Assembly (NCBI GenBank): GCA_036522695.1
Contig: DATDFI010000451.1
Span: 1 to 44,070, forward strand
Direction of reading: 5' to 3'
DNA from: Bacteroidia bacterium
GTDB lineage: Bacteria > Bacteroidota > Bacteroidia > JADZBD01
Length of the DNA: 44,070 nt
Shown here: piece by piece, positions 1-7,341 of the stretch
How the letters are laid out: the number at the start of each line of letters is the position of its first letter
How positions within the stretch are numbered: position 1 is the first letter of the stretch
Made by a program: the position numbers and the translations under genes
Notes under the pieces: model-generated
The model's input: only the letters and a program-made list of their open reading frames with translations
Database searches by the model: none
Told to the model about the DNA's origin: nothing

Positions 1-498
1 ACTGACGGGCAGATATTCCTCGAATCGAATTTATTCAACGCGGGTGTGCGTCCTGCGATCAACGTAGGCATCTCGGTATCGCGCGTGGGCGGTAATGCAC
101 AGATCAAATCCATGAAGAAGATCGCGGGTACCTTGAAACTCGACCAGGCGCAGTACCGCGAGCTGGAAGCTTTCGCGAAGTTCGGTTCCGATCTTGATGC
201 CGCCACCAAATCCATACTCGATAAAGGTTCGCGCAACGTGGAGATCCTCAAACAAGGCCAGTTCTCACCCCTGCGTGTTGAGCAGCAGGTGGCGATCATT
301 TATTGCGGAACAAAAGGTTTGCTGCGCGATGTGCCGGTGAACAGGGTGAAGGAATTTGAGACCGAGTTCCTCAGCTACCTCGAGAATAAGCACAAGAATG
401 TACTGAACGACCTGAAGGCGGGTAAGATCAGCGATGAGATCACGAATGTGCTCGAGTCGGTTGCAAAGGACCTGGCAGGAAAATATAAAAAAGGATAA
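1..498 (+). CDS. atpA: F0F1 ATP synthase subunit alpha, C-terminal part (5' end lies outside the window)
   Basis: Frame 1 is open from base 1 ([36 protein letters not shown]...), which is typical of the F1-alpha C-terminal half. atpG follows 60 nt downstream. Confidence 0.9.
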   Translation, partial: TDGQIFLESNLFNAGVRPAINVGISVSRVGGNAQIKSMKKIAGTLKLDQAQYRELEAFAKFGSDLDAATKSILDKGSRNVEILKQGQFSPLRVEQQVAIIYCGTKGLLRDVPVNRVKEFETEFLSYLENKHKNVLNDLKAGKISDEITNVLESVAKDLAGKYKKG

Positions 499-558
499 GA
501 GCCCGGGTTGATGACGTGAGTCTCATTTCTCACGTCTCATTTCTCACATCTTAATACA

Positions 559-1440
559 ATGGCTAATTTAAAAGAGGTACGTAACAGGATAGTTTCCGTT
601 TCATCCACGCAGCAGATCACCAGCGCGATGAAGATGGTGAGTGCGGCCAAGCTGAAGCGCGCGCAGGATGCGATCGTGCAGATGCGCCCGTACGCCAACA
701 AGCTGCGTGACATCCTCGAGAACCTCAGCTCCGGTCTCGACAGCTCCGAAGGGACCTATTCGAAGCAGCGCGAGGTGAAAAATGTATTGCTGGTGGTGAT
801 CACTTCCAACCGCGGCTTGTGTGGCGCTTTTAATGCCAACGTGATCAAACGCGCCAACCAATTGCTCAAAACCGAATACAGCGACAAGCAAGTGAGCGTA
901 TTGTGCATCGGGAAAAAAGCGAATGACTTTTTCAAGAAAACACATTACAAGATCATTGGCTCCGATATGCCGCGCAAACTGAATGAGCTGTTCGACAAGC
1001 TTACGTTCGATAACGTGGCTCCCGTTGCCGAAAAAGTGATGGAGGCTTTTGCAAAAGGGCAGTTCGACAAGATAGACATGGTGTACAACCAGTTCAAGAA
1101 TGCCGCGGTGCAGAATACTGTTGTGGAAGCTTTTTTACCGGTTATACCGAAAAAAGATGAAAGCAAAAAGAAAGCGGTGAACGATTATATTTTTGAACCC
1201 GACCGCGGGCAGATCGTGCAGGACCTTATTCCCCGCTCGCTTAAAACACAATTCTATAAAGCGCTGCTTGATTCGCACGCAGCCGAGCACGGTGCACGCA
1301 TGACCGCCATGCACAAAGCAACGGACAACGCGAAGGAGCTGATACGCGAGCTTAAACTGAATTACAACAAGGCCCGCCAGGCCGCTATCACGGGCGAGAT
1401 CCTCGAGATCGTGGGAGGCGCGGAAGCGCTGAATAATTAA
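559..1440 (+). CDS. atpG: F0F1 ATP synthase subunit gamma
   Basis: 293 aa. N-terminus MANLKEVRNRIVSVSSTQQITSAMKMVSAAKL and C-terminus ARQAAITGEILEIVGGAEAL are classic gamma-subunit signatures. It sits directly after atpA. Confidence 0.92.
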   Translation: MANLKEVRNRIVSVSSTQQITSAMKMVSAAKLKRAQDAIVQMRPYANKLRDILENLSSGLDSSEGTYSKQREVKNVLLVVITSNRGLCGAFNANVIKRANQLLKTEYSDKQVSVLCIGKKANDFFKKTHYKIIGSDMPRKLNELFDKLTFDNVAPVAEKVMEAFAKGQFDKIDMVYNQFKNAAVQNTVVEAFLPVIPKKDESKKKAVNDYIFEPDRGQIVQDLIPRSLKTQFYKALLDSHAAEHGARMTAMHKATDNAKELIRELKLNYNKARQAAITGEILEIVGGAEALNN

Positions 1441-1461
1441 AAGAATTTAAAATTTACAGGA

Positions 1462-1490
1462 AAGACCCGCAGTGCTGCGGGTCTTTTTTG
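1462..1490 (+). terminator. Rho-independent terminator of the atp transcript
   Basis: Stem agacccgcag / ctgcgggtct (1463-1484) is followed by a TTTTTT run. Confidence 0.7.
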
Positions 1491-1750
1491 TTTTAACGTT
1501 GCCATGCTAAACGAACCGTTGAGCTTAGCCCTGCCTTCGTACGAAGGGCACTCCGGCAGGCAGGCCCGATGGAATCAAGGTAGCGCATTCCCGGGAGGAA
1601 GGTTCCTCAAGTTGCACTAAACGCAAGGCCAACACAAGCTCCATAGGATGACCTCCCGCTACCGAAATGACAGCGGGAATACTGCACAGAACCTCGCTCC
1701 AACCCATCGAAAACCGGCTACATTTTAACCAAATTTTCATGCGTAAAAAT

Positions 1751-1780
1751 TTTGCGCTTTCGGTTCTTCTTATACCTTTG
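1751..1780 (+). promoter_or_regulatory. Bacteroidota-type promoter (-33 TTTG, -7 TACCTTTG) for the YbjN-like gene
   Basis: TTTG at 1751-1754 and TACCTTTG at 1773-1780 with an 18-nt spacer. This matches the TTTG / TAnnTTTG consensus of the Bacteroidota primary sigma factor. About 57 nt of leader separate it from the ATG at 1844. Confidence 0.45.
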
Positions 1781-1843
1781 TAATCCCTCTAAAAAACGGG
1801 CCGCCATGCTGGCGGGAATGTTAAACAACCAAACTTTTTTACC

Positions 1844-2275
1844 ATGGAAAGAATAGAACATTACTACGAGATGATCGACAACATCATCAAGGGCTTTGGC
1901 GTTGATCCCAGCGCTTGTAAAAGCGAAACTCCCGGCCAGTGGAACCTGAAAAAAGGATCTGCTCCTGTGTGGGTTGACGTATGGAAAATGCAGGACCAGG
2001 AGTACGGATACCTCCAGATCATGGCTCCCATTTGCGAAGTGCCCGTGAACAACCAGCACCTTTTCACCAAAGAGCTGCTCGAGATCAACCACCAGCTTTA
2101 TGGTGTGGCCTTCACCATTTACAAAGAGTGGGCTTACCTGAAGATGATCCGCGAACTGGATGGCTTGGACGAAAGCGAAGCTTTGGCAATGTTCAACCGC
2201 ATTGGTAACTATGCTGACCAGTACGATGATATTTTGAAGAACAAATACGGCTTGACCAACGCTACACGCGGTTAA
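1844..2275 (+). CDS. YbjN-like (type III secretion chaperone-like fold) domain protein, function unknown
   Basis: 143-aa ORF with protein-like composition and an own promoter and terminator. Its sequence style (MERIEHYYEMIDNII..., W-rich core, acidic C-terminus) resembles YbjN-family proteins. The family call is from memory only. Confidence 0.55.
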   Translation: MERIEHYYEMIDNIIKGFGVDPSACKSETPGQWNLKKGSAPVWVDVWKMQDQEYGYLQIMAPICEVPVNNQHLFTKELLEINHQLYGVAFTIYKEWAYLKMIRELDGLDESEALAMFNRIGNYADQYDDILKNKYGLTNATRG

Positions 2276-2298
2276 TTCTGTTCACATAAGATGAAAAG

Positions 2299-2330
2299 GT
2301 CCCGGGGCAATGAGTTCCGGGATTTTTTTT
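2299..2330 (+). terminator. Rho-independent terminator
   Basis: Stem tcccgg (2300-2305) / ccggga (2317-2322) is followed by T8. Confidence 0.6.
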
Positions 2331-2422
2331 ACGGAAGTTTTTACCGCCAAGAACATGGAGAACGCTGGGAAACGTAGGGCCCCTGTGAAACTCCATGATC
2401 CCTGTATCTCCGTGGTAAACCT

Positions 2423-2430
2423 TATTTTTG
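2423..2430 (+). promoter_or_regulatory. -7 box TATTTTTG upstream of the GNAT gene
   Basis: Perfect TAnnTTTG match 23 nt upstream of the ATG at 2454. No clear -33 TTTG was seen. Confidence 0.35.
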
Positions 2431-2453
2431 AATGAGTAGAAATAGAAAGCGAT

Positions 2454-2945
2454 ATGCAGAATGAGTTTACGACCGAGCGGTTGCAGTTGCGTGACCTGGG
2501 CACGCAGGATACCGGTTTCATTATTGAATTGTTAAACAGTCCCGGCTGGATACGCTTTATAGGCAACAGGAATGTGAATACTGCCGGGGACGCGAAGGCT
2601 TATATACAAAAGGTGACAGGTAACCCTAACATCCAATACTGGGTAGTGAATTTGAAAGAAAATAAAATTGCGGTGGGCGTTATTACATTGATAAAACGCG
2701 ATTACCTCGAACATCACGATATTGGTTTCGCTTTTTTACCGCAGTATGAAAAACGTGGGTTTGCTTTTGAAGCGAGCAAGGTGGTGCTGGAAAACGCGCT
2801 GGAACTGCATAAAGTTTTACTGGCCACTACACTGGCTGAGAATTTGAGCTCCATAAAGCTGCTCACCAAACTTGGTTTTACTTTTGATAAGGAGATAGAG
2901 AATAACGGGGAGAGGTTGAGGGTGTATAAGGTGGAGAAGAATTAA
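2454..2945 (+). CDS. GNAT family N-acetyltransferase (RimJ/RimL-like)
   Basis: 163 aa. It has the N-terminal TERLQLR motif typical of RimJ/L-like GNATs and the acetyl-CoA pocket motif YEKRGFAFEA. Confidence 0.8.
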   Translation: MQNEFTTERLQLRDLGTQDTGFIIELLNSPGWIRFIGNRNVNTAGDAKAYIQKVTGNPNIQYWVVNLKENKIAVGVITLIKRDYLEHHDIGFAFLPQYEKRGFAFEASKVVLENALELHKVLLATTLAENLSSIKLLTKLGFTFDKEIENNGERLRVYKVEKN

Positions 2946-2955
2946 GACTCGGAAT

Positions 2956-3008
2956 GTCACCCTGAGCCTGACGAAGGGTGAATCATGGTTCGACAGGCTT
3001 ACCATGAC
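2956..3008. repeat. REP-like double-hairpin intergenic repeat, copy 1
   Basis: gtCACCCTgagcctgacgaAGGGTGaa + TCATGGTtcgacaggcttACCATGAc. A second, expanded copy lies at 25252-25345. Confidence 0.65.
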
Positions 3009-3017
3009 AAAATAATT

Positions 3018-4124
3018 ATGCGAAAATATATTTCCCCTTTTTTCATTTTCTTCTGCGCGAAAGCATTCGCACAATCCCAACCCTGCGATGTAATGGAGAT
3101 CGTGCGCAATCCCGCTGATGTGGCCTGGACCTGGTCGCCCGACAGTACACAGTACCTCGTGAATAAAAAAGATTCGGCCGGCATTTACCAAATTTATGTG
3201 GGGAAGAAAGGAGATGCTAAACCAAAATGCATTTCGTACAACGGTCCCGCTTCCCAAAAGCCCTGGAGCAAACGACAAAAGATGCAGGTGCAATGGCATG
3301 CCTCGGGCCAATGGATCATATGCGTGGTGGAGAAAGAGAAATTCAACGAGCAATGGCTGAACGGGACAAAAGGAGGAAGAAAACTTTTGGAAGGCTGGCT
3401 GCAATGCGGCTTGTGGATGGACATCTGGGCCGTGAAACCGGATGGAACAGAATGGACCCTATTGCAAACCACCATTCATGGCGTGACCGGGCCGGCTTTT
3501 ACACCGGGTGGGAAAAAATGTGTGTGGGCCGAGGCGCTGGACAGCGGCAACCTCGCGAAAGATAAATTCGGGATCTGGAAATTGATGCTGGCTGAATTCG
3601 GGATTGAAAATGGGAAACCAAAGTTCATCACCACAAAAAACATCACGCCTAAAGGCGCGAAGTGGGTGGAGCCCGGGAATTTTTCACCTGACGGAAAAAG
3701 TGTTTTACTCTCGGCAGATATCGGGATGAGCGATGCGCGGGGGCAGGACCAATTCATTTTAAACATTGAAACAGGAGAATGGAAAAACCTCACCAACTCA
3801 CCAAAAGTTTGGGATGAGCATGGCGTATTCTCTCCCGATGGAAAGAAAGTTTTATTCATGAGTTCGTATCCCTACCGTGCGGATAAAAATTCCTACAAAG
3901 TGGTTGGCATAAAAACAGAATTCATGCTGGTGAATATTGACGGAACAGGATTGCAGCAACTCACGCACTTTCGTGTGAAAGGTTACCCGGAATCATCGGA
4001 TGGAATGGCTGCAACGGGTTTTTTTAGCGCGGATGGGAAAGCCATTTATTGCCAGACGCTTATTTTTCCAGCGTACGAGAACTGGATCATAAAACTAAAA
4101 GGTCCGTGCGGGAATGAGAAGTGA
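3018..4124 (+). CDS. Secreted PD40/TolB-like beta-propeller repeat protein
   Basis: The start was moved to the ATG at 3018 (MRKYISPFFIFFCAKAFAQ signal peptide), because the ORF-track extension 2985-3017 is translated from the REP element. The FSPDGK / FSADGK repeat occurs three times, characteristic of PD40 blades. Confidence 0.7.
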   Translation: MRKYISPFFIFFCAKAFAQSQPCDVMEIVRNPADVAWTWSPDSTQYLVNKKDSAGIYQIYVGKKGDAKPKCISYNGPASQKPWSKRQKMQVQWHASGQWIICVVEKEKFNEQWLNGTKGGRKLLEGWLQCGLWMDIWAVKPDGTEWTLLQTTIHGVTGPAFTPGGKKCVWAEALDSGNLAKDKFGIWKLMLAEFGIENGKPKFITTKNITPKGAKWVEPGNFSPDGKSVLLSADIGMSDARGQDQFILNIETGEWKNLTNSPKVWDEHGVFSPDGKKVLFMSSYPYRADKNSYKVVGIKTEFMLVNIDGTGLQQLTHFRVKGYPESSDGMAATGFFSADGKAIYCQTLIFPAYENWIIKLKGPCGNEK

Positions 4125-4188
4125 TATTAAAAAAAGAGGAATACAATTCCGCGGTACTATCTTTCAATACACAGGATAAAATCCTTTG

Positions 4189-6288
4189 CTACCTGGTACC
4201 CCAATCCTTGCCGGTCACCGCTTTGTAACCTCCCCGCGCCTGCTGGTTATTAGGATCGAGCGTGAGCGCCTGGTACCAGCATTGGGCGGCCTTATTAAAA
4301 TCTTTCAGCTCGTAATTCGCCCCACCGTAATCGGTCCAGTACATGGAATTGTACGAAGCGTAAGTAACGCTTTTCTCGAGGTATTTTGCTGCTGAAGTAA
4401 AATCCTTTTTCGCGCCCGCCTGCAATCCCAGCGTGTGATACGTATCAGCCAACGCATCATCTTTATCCTTCCAGAAGTTGGCATGACCCGCACGCGGGAA
4501 GACCTGCGCTGCCTGGTTCCACAGCTCTTCACACTTAGCATACTGGTGCCTGCGATAATAAATATATCCCAGGTTCACATAACCGATATAATATCCCGAA
4601 CTCTTACTGCCTTTGTGCATGTGTGCTGCGATCGCACGGTTAAGATAGAATATGGCGCTGTCATAATACTGGTTGCGCAGCACCGTATCTTTTTTCTCCC
4701 GCTCCACCGAATCCGCCAACTCAATAAAGGCCTTACCCGCATTACCATTCGCCATGATGGCATGCGGAACAACCTTGGCATCGTGAATAAAAAGTGTATG
4801 ATCGTTTTCCCATTCGGCATTTCGGGGAATGGTGATAAATCCAAATAACAACACGAGAGGGACGCAAAACAACAGCAATACATTTCGCCTCGAGCTATAT
4901 TCCTTTATTTTATCCAGTAACAAGATGAGGCGATAAGAAAAATAGATCACAAATCCGAAGGAAGCGTGGTACAACAAACGTTCGCCCATACTCGCACCAA
5001 TATCAAACACAAAGTTTGATACCATGGAAATGAACGCGAGATACGCGAACAGCGCGAATGCCATGGGGTCTTTTTCCAGGAAAAGACGAATGGCATAAAT
5101 GATCATACCCAGGTGAAGAAGGATGGAACACCAGACCAGTGAGCTTGAAAAGTCGGTGTAGGGAATAGTGTTATACGAGTAATCCGCGCTGAGCGGCCAG
5201 GGCCAAACCAGCTTACTGGCGTAAAGCAGAAGCACTAAAACTTTGGTGGCCATGCTTTGGGCCTTTGTAGCATACACATACGGATTGTTGAGCACCTCCT
5301 CGTGACCGAGACCATGCTTGAACGGAACATAATGCATGTGAATGCCCAGGTAAACCACTGCAACGCCAATAAAAGGCAAAGTAGCGGTGAAAGCGCTGCC
5401 CAGGTCTTCCTTTCTAAAGCACACAAAAGAAATGGGAATAAGAGCAAGCAGGGTGATGCCCCATTCCTTGGAAAGTAAAGCGAGGAAATAGCAAACGCAC
5501 GCCTTTATGATCGTAGAAGGACTTTTGTCCTCACGCCAGCGAAAGGCATAAATGAATGTGAGGCAAATGAAAAGGAGTGAAAGGATTTCGTCCCGGCTTT
5601 TTACATTGGCAATGGCTTCGGTGTGGATGGGATGAATGGTGAAAAGCAGGGTCGCGAGGAAAGCCACATCGGGCATCGAAGGGAAAAAATACGTGCGCAA
5701 TAAATAAAGCATCACAACCATCGACAACACGAACAGGATCACATTCACCGTGTGACGGACAGGTGCGATGTCGAGATTGGATTCGAGCGCAGATTTTTCG
5801 AGCGAAGCGATCTCTTTCGAAAGGCGTTGATTTGTTTTCGGGTCCATCCCGAAAGGATTACTGAGCGAGTCGCGCACTTCCTTCATGCGATCGCCATAGC
5901 AGGTCCCGAAAATATTTTGTTCGATCGCGAACGTTACAATGGACAGGGGACGATAGCGCCCACCTGAAAGTTGGTCCTTCGAAGCCTGCATCTGCCTGTA
6001 AAAGCTATCGAAGGCATCCCTGGTCATGATGTCTCTTATGCCTCCAAAGCCCTGCTGCACGTACTGGTTCTTTACAATGATGATGTCATCATCGAGCGCA
6101 TACTGGTTATTGAATGTATTGATGTAAAATGCAAACGCAAGGATACCGATGACAATGGCCTGCGCACGGAAAGTGGGCAGGAATGAAAATAAAGAAGGCT
6201 TTTTTTGAGGCACGGGCGTTTCGATGTCGATCTCGAACTCCTCTCCCACATCACGCAAACGTGAAGCTTTATTTTTCTTTTTTGCCAT
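4189..6288 (-). CDS. Multi-pass membrane protein with C-terminal TPR repeats (TMTC/PMT-like GT-C fold candidate)
   Basis: 699 aa. A basic N-terminus is followed by about 10 hydrophobic segments. A first-loop YALDDDIIIV acidic motif resembles GT-C glycosyltransferases. The C-terminal ~170 aa are TPR-like (YYRRHQYAKCEELWNQA..., NKAAQCWYQALTLDPNN). Confidence 0.65.
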   Translation of the reverse strand: MAKKKNKASRLRDVGEEFEIDIETPVPQKKPSLFSFLPTFRAQAIVIGILAFAFYINTFNNQYALDDDIIIVKNQYVQQGFGGIRDIMTRDAFDSFYRQMQASKDQLSGGRYRPLSIVTFAIEQNIFGTCYGDRMKEVRDSLSNPFGMDPKTNQRLSKEIASLEKSALESNLDIAPVRHTVNVILFVLSMVVMLYLLRTYFFPSMPDVAFLATLLFTIHPIHTEAIANVKSRDEILSLLFICLTFIYAFRWREDKSPSTIIKACVCYFLALLSKEWGITLLALIPISFVCFRKEDLGSAFTATLPFIGVAVVYLGIHMHYVPFKHGLGHEEVLNNPYVYATKAQSMATKVLVLLLYASKLVWPWPLSADYSYNTIPYTDFSSSLVWCSILLHLGMIIYAIRLFLEKDPMAFALFAYLAFISMVSNFVFDIGASMGERLLYHASFGFVIYFSYRLILLLDKIKEYSSRRNVLLLFCVPLVLLFGFITIPRNAEWENDHTLFIHDAKVVPHAIMANGNAGKAFIELADSVEREKKDTVLRNQYYDSAIFYLNRAIAAHMHKGSKSSGYYIGYVNLGYIYYRRHQYAKCEELWNQAAQVFPRAGHANFWKDKDDALADTYHTLGLQAGAKKDFTSAAKYLEKSVTYASYNSMYWTDYGGANYELKDFNKAAQCWYQALTLDPNNQQARGGYKAVTGKDWGTR

Positions 6289-6296
6289 AGATCAAT

Positions 6297-6869
6297 TCAG
6301 AGGTACACCATTTTAAACTCCAGCCTGCGCGCAATAGCCCCGTAGTTGCGGTAAATGGCCGCCTGCACTTTCGACACCGCTTTATATTTCTGGAAAAGAT
6401 CGATCAAAATAAGATCGAACACCGTGCTCTCGAAAAAATCCACATCGGCACGAAAGCCAGACACACACAATGCCTTTGTTTTTTTCAAAAACTTCACGAT
6501 CTGCTCGTGGGGAACATCAATGGTCTTGCATGTTCCGAAATGGATCACTTTATCCGCGCAAGCGCCTTTCAGAATGTCACCCAATTCATCGAGCGTGACA
6601 AATTCATTCAATCCCGGCTCTATTTTCCCTTCTTCCCCGTGAAAAGCCAGGTAGCAGATGGAATACGACTGGTACTTTTTATTTTTCCAGCGCTTCACAT
6701 AATACTCCAGGTTCTCCCGGTTGCTGCAGCGCTTGTATATGTACTTGATGTCGAAGTTGGCCTGCATGAAATTGAGCGCAGCCTTGATGCTGGAACGGTC
6801 GCGCAGGTCCTTACCCCATTCGCCTTCGAGGCAAAAAACATTTTTGATGTAGGTGGATGATAAACGCAT
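6297..6869 (-). CDS. Hypothetical 190-aa cytoplasmic protein with caspase/CHAT-like strand-HG ... strand-C pattern
   Basis: Clean ORF 7 nt after the upstream gene and 8 nt before the downstream gene. It has an alternating strand/helix pattern. Candidate motifs are ICYLAFHG (H77, codon 6639-6641), KVIHFGTCKT (C114, codon 6528-6530) and ALCVSGFRADVDF. I do not recognise a named family. Confidence 0.6.
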   Translation of the reverse strand: MRLSSTYIKNVFCLEGEWGKDLRDRSSIKAALNFMQANFDIKYIYKRCSNRENLEYYVKRWKNKKYQSYSICYLAFHGEEGKIEPGLNEFVTLDELGDILKGACADKVIHFGTCKTIDVPHEQIVKFLKKTKALCVSGFRADVDFFESTVFDLILIDLFQKYKAVSKVQAAIYRNYGAIARRLEFKMVYL

Positions 6870-6876
6870 AGATCAC

Positions 6877-7320
6877 TTACTCTCTCATTCGCATCACAAA
6901 AACTTCATCTCCCGCAAAGCCGAAGGAGCGGCAAAAATCATATTTCTTCATTAACAGCTTCGGAAATTCCTTTACCTCGTAAAACCCGAAACGTGAAAAA
7001 TACTTCGGGATCACACAGGTCACGTAAACATCCGTTCCTTTTTCCCGCAGCAGTTCGCAAACAATGGCCGTTCCTATCCCCTTACCCTGTTCTTCCTTAA
7101 CAACGCCCAGCGTAGCCAGCTCACTCCAGTCATAATACCTTTTCAATCGCCCGAAACCTAGGATCACCCCGTTCCTTCGCGCCACCATAAATTGCTCGTA
7201 ACTCAAATTGGTGCAATCCAGGTCGAGTGCATCGGCCTTGCGCGCGATATCTTCCATATCACCGCGCACCGCTTTCTCAATGCTTATCTCAATTTGTTTT
7301 TGTCCCGGGAAGGTTTCCAT
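6877..7320 (-). CDS. GNAT family N-acetyltransferase
   Basis: 147 aa. Acetyl-CoA binding motif LGVVKEEQGKGIGTAIV (Q/RxxGxG/A) and a C-terminal FYEV beta-bulge region. Confidence 0.8.
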   Translation of the reverse strand: METFPGQKQIEISIEKAVRGDMEDIARKADALDLDCTNLSYEQFMVARRNGVILGFGRLKRYYDWSELATLGVVKEEQGKGIGTAIVCELLREKGTDVYVTCVIPKYFSRFGFYEVKEFPKLLMKKYDFCRSFGFAGDEVFVMRMRE

Positions 7321-7341
7321 GGCCTGGTTTTCTCCCTTTGC

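Noticed and set aside
601-1166. Minus-strand ORFs of 114 aa and 73 aa inside atpG.
   Set aside because: They are antisense shadows of a strongly supported gene. Their composition is low-complexity and Arg/Leu/His-rich, with no motifs.
1525-1740. A 71-aa minus-strand ORF in the atpG downstream gap. Also short resemblances to SAM-I (GGCCCGATGGAA, 1563-1574), to the SRP domain IV GNRA loop (CCGGGAGG), and to RNase P P4 words (GGAGGAAGGTTCC at 1594-1606 and ACAGAACC at 1686-1693).
   Set aside because: The ORF is not protein-like. The riboswitch and RNA resemblances are only 7-12 nt each. The other obligatory conserved elements are missing: there is no GAGGGA/GCAACC for SAM-I, no AGCA symmetric loop for SRP, and only ~90 nt between the two RNase P-like words instead of ~280.
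2985-3017. The upstream ATG gives the N-terminal extension MVRQAYHDKII on the PD40 protein.
   Set aside because: The extension is encoded by the REP-like repeat, and the signal peptide begins at the internal ATG at 3018.
2817-3859. Several long minus-strand ORFs (195, 93 and 127 aa) and the plus-frame ORF 3227-3565, all overlapping the PD40 gene.
   Set aside because: They are frame shadows of the real CDS, with no motifs and odd composition.
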